DNA of 64,000 nt from Candidatus Dormiibacterota bacterium (GTDB lineage: Bacteria; Chloroflexota; Dormibacteria; Aeolococcales; Aeolococcaceae), in the NCBI GenBank assembly GCA_963718525.1, contig OY970355.1, forward strand, positions 1,376,001 through 1,440,000, given 5' to 3'. Of the stretch, positions 20,542 through 29,689 are shown piece after piece (within the stretch, counting starts at the first letter, position 1; each line of letters opens with the position of its first letter). The notes beneath the pieces were generated by a model that was not told the origin of the DNA, searched no databases, and was given only the letters and a program-made list of their open reading frames with translations. The translations under genes were made by a program, and so were the position numbers.

Positions 20542-21126
20542 ATGGGTGCACTGCAGGTAGTCGCGGTACGAGAAACTGAGCAGCGCATAGCCTTGGACAC
20601 GCTCGTGGTTGCGTTCAGCGCGGACCCAGTCGAACGCTGGCTCTATCCGGAGGCGTACCAGTACCTGACGCATTTCCCAGCCTTTCTGTCGGCGTTTGGT
20701 GGCAAGGCGTTCGCTGAGGAAAGCGTGTGGCGGCTCGGTGCGTATTCGGGCGTGGCCCTGTGGTTGCCACCGCACGTGGACCTAGACGGTGACGGTATCG
20801 TCGCCGTGCTGACGGACACCGTTGCGCCGGAGAAGCACGAGGATACGTTTGCAGTGCTCGGCCAAATGGACGATGCCCACCCCAAATTTCCGCACTGGTA
20901 CCTCCCATGGTTTGGGGTTGATCCGGCCGTACAGGGACGAGGCCTCGGCGGTGCGTTGATGAAGCACTGCCTCAGGGTCGTCGACGAAGACCATCTGCCC
21001 GCGTATCTCGACTCCCCTAATCCGCGGAACATCTCGTTCTACCAGCGGCACGGGTTCGTGGTCACGGGGGAGGCCCAAGCCGGAGCTTGCCCGCCGGTCA
21101 CCGCAATGCTGAGAGCCGCGCGGTAG
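20542..21126 (+). CDS. GNAT N-acetyltransferase (puromycin acetyltransferase-like)
   Basis: HWYL..GVDP..QGRGLG, AYL, RNISFYQRHGF; AAGGAG RBS. Confidence 0.88.
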   Translation: MGALQVVAVRETEQRIALDTLVVAFSADPVERWLYPEAYQYLTHFPAFLSAFGGKAFAEESVWRLGAYSGVALWLPPHVDLDGDGIVAVLTDTVAPEKHEDTFAVLGQMDDAHPKFPHWYLPWFGVDPAVQGRGLGGALMKHCLRVVDEDHLPAYLDSPNPRNISFYQRHGFVVTGEAQAGACPPVTAMLRAAR

Positions 21127-21351
21127 AGGACGCGTCGGCTTTTCTCCCGCGCTCGTGACAGTACGCAAGTGTCTCAAAGCGAGCGGGTTGACGGACAGCC
21201 GCGAGTGAGTCTTCCTCTGGACCGACCCCGGAGGTCGGGTCACCCAGACGTTCTGAAGCGCCATGATGGGCGCCACTGCAGCGAGAGCCGACTTGCCGGA
21301 GCCTCGAGTGAGCGCTGCTGCGGTACGCAGCGCTTTGACATCATTGTCTCC

Positions 21352-21768
21352 ATGGACGCTGAATGGATCGAATTCGCCACGAAGTGTCAGGCAGCGCTGG
21401 GAGAGTTGGTAGAAGGACGACCCGAGCCTTTCAAGGCGCTGTGGTCACATGCTGATGACGTTGTCATCATGGGCGCGTTTGGCGGCTACGAGCGCGGGTG
21501 GGAGCAGGTGAGCCGCCGGCTCGACTGGGCGTCAAAGGGCATCGCAGCAACCGATCGCAAGGTGGAAAACGTTGTAACGGTGGTAATCGATGACCTCGCC
21601 TACACCGTTGACCTTGAGCACATGATTCGGCACATCGGGGGTCGCCCGCACCCTAGAACACTCCGCTGCACCCAGGTCTACCGCTATGAGGACGGTCAGT
21701 GGAAGGTCGTTCTGCGCCACGCAGACGAACTGCCACAGAAGGACGAACATCAAGGACGCCCTGGTTAA
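21352..21768 (+). CDS. NTF2/SnoaL-like (DUF4440-type) protein
   Basis: ALWSHADDV, GWEQV, LRCTQVYR.EDGQWKVV.RHAD. Confidence 0.82.
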   Translation: MDAEWIEFATKCQAALGELVEGRPEPFKALWSHADDVVIMGAFGGYERGWEQVSRRLDWASKGIAATDRKVENVVTVVIDDLAYTVDLEHMIRHIGGRPHPRTLRCTQVYRYEDGQWKVVLRHADELPQKDEHQGRPG

Positions 21769-21885
21769 GCCTCGGAAACCCTGAAGCATGACCCTCGATC
21801 AGCCGACGGTGATCTCACCCGACGTCCATCGAGGGGGTTGTATTGACCATGGACGAGGTTGCTCGTGCTGCTGTCGACGCGCGGT

Positions 21886-22653
21886 TCATGTGGCTCGGAA
21901 GTAGGCCGTCGGAGTGAGCCCGACCTCGCGCCGAAACGCAGCGACGAATGCGCTGGTCGACTCGTATCCAACCTCAGGGGCCACGTGACTTATCGCCCGC
22001 CCGGATGCGAGCAATGGGAGTGCCGCATTGAGCCGTGCTAGGGTTCGCCACCTGCTGAACGGGATGCCGGTTTCAGAGAGGAACACTCGCTCCAGCGTGC
22101 GCCCGCTGGCACCCACCTCCCGCCCCCAAGACGCGAGGGTGCGGTTCTCGGCTGGATGCTCGATCAGTGCCTCGGCGACGGTCCTAGCGCGACCATCGGC
22201 AGGCATCCGCACCTCGATCGTCGTTACGTCGAGAGGCTCGAGGAGATCCACAAGGAGCGCGGCAGCACGTTCGCGCTTCGCGCGGTCGATCCTTTCGTCG
22301 CCGAGATACTCGATCAACTCAATCAAGAGCGGCCGGGCTCTGACAACGGTCGGGCTCTTCCAATCGATCGAGAGGAATTCGGTCCTGACGTAAAGCGACC
22401 GCATGGTCGCCGCACCTTGGGCACGCACCTCATGCCGGACGCCGGCTGGAATCCATACGGCGCGCGACCGTGGCAGCAGCCAGGTTGCGGAATCGGTGAT
22501 GACAGCGAGCACGCCTCGTGACGCCCATGCGAGCTGATCGTCGTCGTGCGTGTGCGATTCGAACCGCGATCCCGGCGCCATCGGAAACACGCAGGCGGCG
22601 ATCTCTCGCACGCCGGCGCGACGGCCGTCGACAGATTGTCGTTCTCGCGACAC
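21886..22653 (-). CDS. AraC-family transcriptional regulator (cupin + HTH)
   Basis: HTHDDDQL cupin, WIPAGVRH, SGRTLERVF, VGYESTSAF. Confidence 0.92.
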   Translation of the reverse strand: MSRERQSVDGRRAGVREIAACVFPMAPGSRFESHTHDDDQLAWASRGVLAVITDSATWLLPRSRAVWIPAGVRHEVRAQGAATMRSLYVRTEFLSIDWKSPTVVRARPLLIELIEYLGDERIDRAKRERAAALLVDLLEPLDVTTIEVRMPADGRARTVAEALIEHPAENRTLASWGREVGASGRTLERVFLSETGIPFSRWRTLARLNAALPLLASGRAISHVAPEVGYESTSAFVAAFRREVGLTPTAYFRAT

Positions 22654-22708
22654 AGCGTGTCAGCGTACGCCCTTGCTCGTCGGGGAGCCGACCGTCAAGG
22701 TGGCATAC

Positions 22709-23293
22709 ATGAACGGGAACCACGCCCTGTGCGCGACCACCGAATGGGCCGACCACATTCACCGCGATGTACTGGGATCGATGCTGTCAGAAATCGACCT
22801 CGGTGACGAGATGCTCGAAGTTGGGCCGGGGCCTGGCGCAGCAACGGAGTGGCTCCGCAAACGCGTCCGCCGGCTGATCGCGATCGAAGTCGATCCCGAA
22901 TCTGCGCAGCGCCTCGCGACCCGGTACACAGCGTCGAACGTCGAGGTGGTGACAGGAGATGCCGCGAGGCTTGCGTTCGACGACGCATCGTTCGATTCCG
23001 TCGGCACCTTCACGATGCTGCACCATCTACCTACGGTCGCGCTGCAGAATCAGGTGCTCAAGGAAGCCTGGCGGGTGTTGCGGCCGGCAGGGATTCTGGT
23101 CGGATCTGACAGCTTGGGCTGCACGGAGCTCCGCGACTTCCACGTAGGGGATACCTACAACCCAATCGAACCTTCCTCATTGGTCACCCGTCTTCAGACG
23201 ATCGGGTTCGACCATGTGATGGTATCGGTGGGCTACGACGTGCGGTTTGTCGCGCGGAAACCTGCTGGCGATCTTTCGCGATGCACATCGTAG
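22709..23293 (+). CDS. Class I SAM-dependent methyltransferase
   Basis: LEVGPGPG, GDAARL.FDDASFD, MLHH, RVLRP; divergent from the AraC gene. Confidence 0.87.
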   Translation: MNGNHALCATTEWADHIHRDVLGSMLSEIDLGDEMLEVGPGPGAATEWLRKRVRRLIAIEVDPESAQRLATRYTASNVEVVTGDAARLAFDDASFDSVGTFTMLHHLPTVALQNQVLKEAWRVLRPAGILVGSDSLGCTELRDFHVGDTYNPIEPSSLVTRLQTIGFDHVMVSVGYDVRFVARKPAGDLSRCTS

Positions 23294-23296
23294 CGA

Positions 23297-23554
23297 GTGA
23301 TTCAAACGGAGGCGATCGCGATGTACGGAGCGCAACTGGTTGAGATGGCACGGGTGGCGGAGCAGGAGCACCTGCGCGCCGCGGTCATTGCGCGAGCTCG
23401 CGCCCAGGCGCGCTGGGAGCGTCGCAGTCTGCTCGGCCCGGGACGGGTGGCACGAGCGTGGGCAGCCTTCTGGGCTCCTCGCGACACGGTGCTTGTCTTT
23501 CGCCGCGCCGCAGACGGCGCGGTGGCGGACCTCACCTCGTGCGTGGACCGCTAG
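23297..23554 (+). CDS. Small hypothetical protein
   Basis: Fills the gap between co-oriented genes; GGAGG before internal ATG 23321. Confidence 0.45.
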   Translation: MIQTEAIAMYGAQLVEMARVAEQEHLRAAVIARARAQARWERRSLLGPGRVARAWAAFWAPRDTVLVFRRAADGAVADLTSCVDR

Positions 23555-23624
23555 TCCGCGCACGGCGCTGGCCGGTGCGGACGCGATGGTCCCAAAGCAT
23601 GATCAGAGAAAAGCAGGAGGGCCT

Positions 23625-23939
23625 ATGTTCATGGATATGGGTGACGTAGCACGCCTGGCCGAGGCCTTGGTGAGTGTCCGCCTCACCGCGCCGAAGGGGC
23701 TGGCTGAGTGGCGGTACCACGGCAGGCTGGTGGCGCGGCAACTTGACGACGTGCATTTGGTGATCCGTGCCGATTTCGACTACCGCGACTCCATGCTGCG
23801 CCAGTTTCCCGAGACCTTCAGCGTCCCGACCCGGTACATCAAGCACATGATGGTTGTCGCTGATCTCGCCACAGGCAGCTCTGGCGCCATCGAGGATGCA
23901 CTCGAGGCAGCCTGGTTACTTCAGCGGAGCGCCGACTGA
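23625..23939 (+). CDS. MmcQ/YjbR-like small protein
   Basis: AGGAGG RBS; WRYHGRLVAR...PETF...ALEAAW pattern. Confidence 0.6.
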   Translation: MFMDMGDVARLAEALVSVRLTAPKGLAEWRYHGRLVARQLDDVHLVIRADFDYRDSMLRQFPETFSVPTRYIKHMMVVADLATGSSGAIEDALEAAWLLQRSAD

Positions 23940-23997
23940 CAGCGGCTTTACGCCGCTCACAACCGCAACGTAATGGCCGACCGTTTGGCACGTACAC

Positions 23998-26151
23998 CTA
24001 GCCGTGCGCGGCCGGGACGGGCTCCTGCACGCGCAACTCGCCGATAACCCTGGTGCCATCACCTGGGTGAGAGATCACCTCCACCTTACCGCCGAGCGCG
24101 TCCATCCGATCGTTCATATTGGTGAGCCCGGCACCCTTGCGCGCGGTCGCAGTATCGAACCCGGCGCCGTCATCCTCCACCTCGAAGGTCAACGTAGCGG
24201 GATCGGGGCTCGCACGCAGACGCACCACAGCGTGGGACGCCCCCGCATATTTCTGCACGTTCTGGAGCGCTTCGAGCACGCAGAAGTACACCGTCGCCTC
24301 AACATCCTGAGCGTAGCGCGCGACCCCCGCCGCTTCCACGCGCACCGGCACCGTCGCCTTGCGAGCCTGCAACTCCAGGGCCACCACCAGCCCCTTATCG
24401 GCGAGGAGCGGCGGGTAGATTCCCCGGGCCAGATCGCGAAGCGTCTCAAGGGTCTCGTCCGCATCGCCCTTCAGCTGCTCCAGGATCGCCGCCACTTTCG
24501 CCGGATCCCGCAAAAGGAGCATCTCCGCCAGTCCGAGTTTCACCTTCAACGCCACCAGGTGCTGCTGAGCCCCGTCGTGTAGGTTGCGCTCCAGCCGGCG
24601 CCGCTCCACGTCCTGCGCGCTCACCAATCGCTGCCGCGAGGCGCGTAGATCATCGAGCCGCGCTCGCAGGTCTGCGCTCAGCCCCACGTTCTTGAGCACC
24701 AATCCCGCCTGGTGGGCCAGGTCGTCCACCAGCTTCTGCTCGATCGGCGTCAGGGCTTCGCTGCGGCGCTTGCTCACGCTCAACGCCCCGAGCAAATCTC
24801 CCTGATAGCGTACCTCGACCGCACGGGTGACACCATGCATCGCCGGCAGAGTGCCATTGCGCATCGACAGAGGTTCGTGCATCCCCAAGCCCTCCGGAAA
24901 GGTCGCCGCCGGACGCAGCTCGGCCTTCCCGCGAAGCCACACCGTCGCCAACTCCGCTCCGGTCGCCTGTTGGAGCACCCGCGCCATGCGGGGCAGAACC
25001 TCGTCCGCCGCGTACGTCTCCGCCACCCGCCCCGAGAACTCGCTCAACACCTCGTACGGTGTCGCCCGCTTCCCATACACCAGACGATTGGCAATCCGCT
25101 GCACCCGCTCCCGCACCGGCTGGAACCCGATCGCCACGATCGCCGTGGCCAGGATCGATAGCGCTAGGTTGGGCTTCCCTCCGCTCCCGACCAGCGCGCC
25201 GATTCCCACCGCGATGCCCACATACACCGCCGTGATGAACACGGCCAGTGAGCCGTACACGAGGGTGCGGCTGATGACGATGTCGATGTCGTACAGCCGG
25301 TACTTGAAAATGGCGACGCCGGTTGCAGCGGGAAGAGCCACGCCGAACCCCAATCCGAGCGCCGCGGCGGCCGGCCATGAGGGAAAGTGCGCGACGAAGA
25401 GGTTGCCGAGAGCCGCCAGGAGGACCGCAGTCCCTGCCACGACCACGGCGTACGCGATCCACTTGAGCTGCTCACGTTCGTCGCCTCGAGATCTGCGCAA
25501 GCGCACAAGCGGTGCGACCGCCGCCAACGCAAATACAATGAAACCCGGCAGCCAGGCAGCACCGAACAGAGTGATTGTGGCGCCGATTGGTCCATTGGCA
25601 CCGACGCCAAGAGGATTCAGTGGCGTCGGGAAATTTGGTGTTCCGGACACCAAGGGCCCCGCAGCGAAGATTCCACCAAGGGCTGCGAGCGTCGATAGGA
25701 TGACCGCCGCCCATGCCACCCACCGCCAGCGGCGCGACAGTAGACGGCCGTCGGGAAGGACAAGCATGAGGAGGGCGATGGCACCGGCGGGAAACAGGAG
25801 GTCCTGCTCCCAGGAGGCGAGCCAAACGGCCCAGACACCGCCTGGCAGCGAACCGCGGTGGGTGAGGAGTGCGTAAAGCGCGTATTCGTCAGCCATGCCC
25901 CCCAACCCGATGGCCACGGCGACGAAGAGGAACAGCCAACCAGTCGGGTTGCGCGGCTGCCGCGACGCGACCAGTGCACCAACGAACCCGAAGCTCACGG
26001 ACACAACAGCAATAGGTATGTCACTTGAGGCCGCGCTGGCGGAGCGGTTTGCAATGACAAGGAGAACGGTTGCGACTCCGATGGCGGCAGCCAGGGCACC
26101 CAGGCCGACGGCCAGGACCTGAGCAGCGTCTCGATGCCTTGCCATGCTCAT
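23998..26151 (-). CDS. Membrane sensor histidine kinase (HisKA_3 + HATPase, GAF-like)
   Basis: Many TM segments, RLYDID, ERNLHDGAQQ, EALQNVQKY, DDGAGF, GAGL. Confidence 0.92.
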   Translation of the reverse strand: MSMARHRDAAQVLAVGLGALAAAIGVATVLLVIANRSASAASSDIPIAVVSVSFGFVGALVASRQPRNPTGWLFLFVAVAIGLGGMADEYALYALLTHRGSLPGGVWAVWLASWEQDLLFPAGAIALLMLVLPDGRLLSRRWRWVAWAAVILSTLAALGGIFAAGPLVSGTPNFPTPLNPLGVGANGPIGATITLFGAAWLPGFIVFALAAVAPLVRLRRSRGDEREQLKWIAYAVVVAGTAVLLAALGNLFVAHFPSWPAAAALGLGFGVALPAATGVAIFKYRLYDIDIVISRTLVYGSLAVFITAVYVGIAVGIGALVGSGGKPNLALSILATAIVAIGFQPVRERVQRIANRLVYGKRATPYEVLSEFSGRVAETYAADEVLPRMARVLQQATGAELATVWLRGKAELRPAATFPEGLGMHEPLSMRNGTLPAMHGVTRAVEVRYQGDLLGALSVSKRRSEALTPIEQKLVDDLAHQAGLVLKNVGLSADLRARLDDLRASRQRLVSAQDVERRRLERNLHDGAQQHLVALKVKLGLAEMLLLRDPAKVAAILEQLKGDADETLETLRDLARGIYPPLLADKGLVVALELQARKATVPVRVEAAGVARYAQDVEATVYFCVLEALQNVQKYAGASHAVVRLRASPDPATLTFEVEDDGAGFDTATARKGAGLTNMNDRMDALGGKVEVISHPGDGTRVIGELRVQEPVPAAHG

Positions 26152-26295
26152 GCAGGCCACGATATCGACGGCTCGATGGAATGTCGATGGTGCGGGCCGC
26201 CCCAACGAGAGGGTGTCAGCACTCCTCATGGTTCGGAGAACGCCGCGGCCTGATTGAACGGCGCCCGCATCCGCGACCGGCGCAGTTGGTGATGC

Positions 26296-27159
26296 CTACG
26301 CGGCGATGCCCGCGAACAGGTCCGTCTCCGGCAGCGCGGCGGGCTTGCGCGAGATGACGAGCTGGAAGTACTCATCGGCGAATTGTTTGAGCACGTCGTC
26401 TGGCATGGAGAGCTGAGGCCAGTCCTCTGAGATCTGACTGTGATGCGCGCGCAGCGCATCGCGTTTCCGCCCGATCACGTCGACGCAGTCGATGGTTGTG
26501 GTCACCTCCTCATCCGGGGTGAGGAATTCCATCTCGTCGGGGCTCGTCTCGCCGAACGGCGGATCGATCCCGGCCTGCTTTGCCATCTCGACCATGCGTG
26601 CGAACTGAGCCCGCGGAAACGCCGTGTAGTAGAGCTTCTCGACGCGCCAGGTTTCGCCGGCATCCTTGTACATCGGCTTGAGTTGAGCGGCCTCGACCGC
26701 CAGCAGGGTCGCGCGGTGGGTCTGGATGTGATCCGGGTGGCCGTAACCGCCGTTGCCGTCATATGTGACTACAACGTGTGGGCGGAAGCGGCGGATCTGG
26801 GCAACGAGTTTCCCAATGGCTTCGTCGATTGGCACCATCCAGAAAGCGTCGGGGAGGAAGTTGGTCGGTGTCCCGGCCATTCCCGAGTCACCGTACCGGA
26901 GGAACTCGACCTCATCGACCTCGAGGATGCGACACGCCTCGCGCAACTCGGCTTCGCGAATTTCGGCAAGGTGTGGACGCGTAGTCTCCTCGGGCATGTT
27001 GGGGTCGACGATGGTCGCGAGCTTGCCATCCGTGCAGCAGACGACACAGGTTCGCGCCCCGCGATCCGCATACGTCGCGAGTGTGCCACCCATGGTGATC
27101 GTCTCGTCATCACAATGCGCGTGCACCGCCATCAGGCGCAGTTGTGGATCAGCCATCAC
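26296..27159 (-). CDS. PIG-L family deacetylase/amidase (Mca/MshB-like)
   Basis: VHAHCDDE, DSGMAG, TYD..GGYGHPDH, AHHSQ. Confidence 0.88.
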   Translation of the reverse strand: MMADPQLRLMAVHAHCDDETITMGGTLATYADRGARTCVVCCTDGKLATIVDPNMPEETTRPHLAEIREAELREACRILEVDEVEFLRYGDSGMAGTPTNFLPDAFWMVPIDEAIGKLVAQIRRFRPHVVVTYDGNGGYGHPDHIQTHRATLLAVEAAQLKPMYKDAGETWRVEKLYYTAFPRAQFARMVEMAKQAGIDPPFGETSPDEMEFLTPDEEVTTTIDCVDVIGRKRDALRAHHSQISEDWPQLSMPDDVLKQFADEYFQLVISRKPAALPETDLFAGIAA

Positions 27160-27632
27160 TCCTCGTCGATCTTGACCGACCGCATCACGTCGTCTTTGCG
27201 GATCGCACCAACCACGTCCATGCCCTTCACGACCTGACCAAACAGGTTGTACGACTTGGTGAGCTTGTGGCGATCGTCGACGGTGCAGATGAAGAACTGC
27301 GAGCCGTTAGTGTTCGGTCCGGAGTTCGCCATCGCGACTGCTCCCGCCTCGTACTCGCCCTGCACGGGCTCATCCTCGAAACGGTATCCCGGACCGCCGC
27401 GGCCCGTTCCTTCGGGGCAGCCGCCCTGGATGACGAAGTCGTCAACGATGCGATGGAAGGTGAGGCCGTCGTAGAAGCCATCTCGGGCGAGGAACACGAA
27501 GTTGTTGACCGACTTCGGCGCGCGCGCCGGGTCGAGGGCGATGACGATGTCACCGCGGTCGGTCGTGATGGTCGCGTTATACCGCTTTGCAGGATCGATG
27601 ACCTGCTCTGCGGCTGTGTACTTCTTGGGCAT
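27156..27632 (-). CDS. Cyclophilin-type peptidyl-prolyl isomerase
   Basis: FYDGLTFHR, IQGG.P.GTG.GGPGY, MANSGPNTNGSQFFI. Confidence 0.96.
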   Translation of the reverse strand: MPKKYTAAEQVIDPAKRYNATITTDRGDIVIALDPARAPKSVNNFVFLARDGFYDGLTFHRIVDDFVIQGGCPEGTGRGGPGYRFEDEPVQGEYEAGAVAMANSGPNTNGSQFFICTVDDRHKLTKSYNLFGQVVKGMDVVGAIRKDDVMRSVKIDEE

Positions 27633-27683
27633 CGAGGCAGTCTACCCGGGGTGGCCGGGTAGACTGCCGATCCGCCGGACGGG

Positions 27684-28262
27684 TCAGAGCGCGGAGTTCG
27701 ACCCAGTGACGGCGGCTGGGGAGCCTGTCGACGTGGGGGGCGTCGACGTGGAGGGGGTTTTGGGGAACCCGCCGAAGCGGACGTGGATGTAGGTGCTGAG
27801 GTTGAGGTTCATCAGCTTGCTGATGCCTGCGGTTGCTGCGGCGCTGAGGGTGGTCTCCTGCGCCTTGGTGATCTTGCCTTCGGAAACAGCCTTGTTCAGT
27901 CGAGTGGTCAGCTTGTCCATGACGGCGCTTTCCACGGCCTGCGCCTTGGAGCCGTCGATCTGGGCGAGGGTCTCTCCATTGAGCAAGTCCTTGAGGACCG
28001 TCGTGCGGCTGAGCCCGGTTTCCTTGACCGATTCGCGGAAGAGCGCCAGGGCGATGTGCCTCGCTGCCACCGCTTTGGCTCCCGCATGGCCGGTCTTGGC
28101 ACCTCCCGGTGCCGGTGTGGTCGCGAGCGTCGATGCGTTGCCTCCGGTCACACCGGAAGCAAGGGCTGGGATGATCGAGACGGTTGCGATGCCCGCGACC
28201 GCGACGACCGCGAATGCGGCCGCGCTGATCGCGACCCGTTTGGTGAAGAAATTCCCGAACAT
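27684..28262 (-). CDS. Secreted/exported hypothetical protein
   Basis: GAGGAG RBS, signal-like N-terminus, GETLAQI...GKITKAQ helical motif, P/S/T-rich tail. Confidence 0.7.
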   Translation of the reverse strand: MFGNFFTKRVAISAAAFAVVAVAGIATVSIIPALASGVTGGNASTLATTPAPGGAKTGHAGAKAVAARHIALALFRESVKETGLSRTTVLKDLLNGETLAQIDGSKAQAVESAVMDKLTTRLNKAVSEGKITKAQETTLSAAATAGISKLMNLNLSTYIHVRFGGFPKTPSTSTPPTSTGSPAAVTGSNSAL

Positions 28263-28399
28263 CCTGGCGCTCCTCTGGATTCGAACTTGTTTTATGGTGG
28301 GCGGTGTCCTCATTGTCTTCGGCGCTGACGCGCGTTCCCTGAGCCGGTCCTGAGACGTGAGGTTCCTCCCCGATCCGCCCTGCAACACGGAGGCATCAC

Positions 28400-29689
28400 G
28401 TGGACGGTGCCGCTGAGAGGCCGGTGGTCGGGCTCTTTGGGGCGTTCGATTCCGGCGAACTCGGCGAGGTTGCGCTGCGCCGTGTCCTCGAGTCGGAGAT
28501 CGCGCGGCGACGCCCGGACATCGCGCTCATACCGCTTGCGCCGTTCGGCTCCGAACGCCCGGTTGCCGCTGACGAAGGACGCCCAGCCCTGCCACTCGCG
28601 CGAGTGTCCGGCGACGACCCGGTCGCGCTCGACGCGATGATCATCGCCGGCGACGTCCTTGGTGACGACCACCGATGGGCTCTCCGGTATCCGGTTGCAG
28701 GCGAGGCGATGACGGAGCGCCGCGTCGGCTCCCTGGTTATCAGCGGAAGGCTCGGCGACCGCGACGCTGCGAAAGCCGTCACGTGGTTCGGAGTAGGCCC
28801 GGCCAGCGGTGATGTGGATCTGACGGCTCTTGTTGGCAGGGACGTCTGGGCGCGGGATCGGGCGACCCAGGAGCACATCGGCGGGACGTCCGCGCAGTCT
28901 GGAGACCCGCTGCTCATGGCCCACCGGATCTTCCAATCGGAGGTGCTGCGCAGGCGAGTGGATCTGCTCCGTCTCTGCGGCGCCGTTCCGGCAGGACGCA
29001 GGATCGTGGTCGAGGTGGCGCCCAGCCTCTCTGCCTCACCTTCCTGTGAACGCCTTGTCGAGGCGGTTTCGGCGGCGCTGCGCGCCGACCAAAAGCTTTC
29101 CGTGGTCGTCGTCGACCTCAGGCCCACCCGGCAACTCAACCTTGTGGAGACGTTCCGGGTGCCAGGCCTGCTCGCGGAGCGCGTCCATCGTCTTCCGGAC
29201 TGGGCGGGGCTCGACGATATCGCGGCCGCGATCTCGGGTTCGGCGGCGATGATCGCCACCTCCCCGGCAGCGGCGCATATCGCCGCGTCGCTCGGCGTGT
29301 CCGTGGCGGCGGTCGATACCGGGATCGGCGACCGGTTCGACTCCTCCATACCGGCGCTCGCCGCCGACGTTCCGGCGATGCAGGCGTTCCTCGCCAACGG
29401 GCGACCGGCGAGCATCGACGCGGCGATGCAGACGCTCGACGGTGCGCTCGCCGAGCTTGCCGAGCGGCTTCCTCGGAGCGCAGGGTCGCCGCGGCCCGCG
29501 ATCGATCCAGAGGGCATCGATTCGGCGCTGACCGTCCTGCAACGGCGCCTGGCCGATGAGCGCACGGCCCTGCAGGCGGAGCTTTCACGCCTTCAGTCGG
29601 AGCTCGATCACCTCCGCGAATCGCCGGAGCATCGGATCACCCGGCCGATCCGAGAGGGCTATGAACGGTGGCAGCGACGTCGAACGTGA
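28400..29689 (+). CDS. Polysaccharide pyruvyl-transferase-like protein (degenerate) with C-terminal coiled coil
   Basis: N-terminal VGLFGAF..GELGE, IIAGD, ARD, late IATS...AASLGV motif; GGAGG RBS. Confidence 0.6.
   Translation: MDGAAERPVVGLFGAFDSGELGEVALRRVLESEIARRRPDIALIPLAPFGSERPVAADEGRPALPLARVSGDDPVALDAMIIAGDVLGDDHRWALRYPVAGEAMTERRVGSLVISGRLGDRDAAKAVTWFGVGPASGDVDLTALVGRDVWARDRATQEHIGGTSAQSGDPLLMAHRIFQSEVLRRRVDLLRLCGAVPAGRRIVVEVAPSLSASPSCERLVEAVSAALRADQKLSVVVVDLRPTRQLNLVETFRVPGLLAERVHRLPDWAGLDDIAAAISGSAAMIATSPAAAHIAASLGVSVAAVDTGIGDRFDSSIPALAADVPAMQAFLANGRPASIDAAMQTLDGALAELAERLPRSAGSPRPAIDPEGIDSALTVLQRRLADERTALQAELSRLQSELDHLRESPEHRITRPIREGYERWQRRRT

Noticed and set aside
20330-20560. 76-aa ORF before the GNAT gene
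   Set aside because: No recognisable motif or RBS and it overlaps the GNAT start; possibly a gene remnant.
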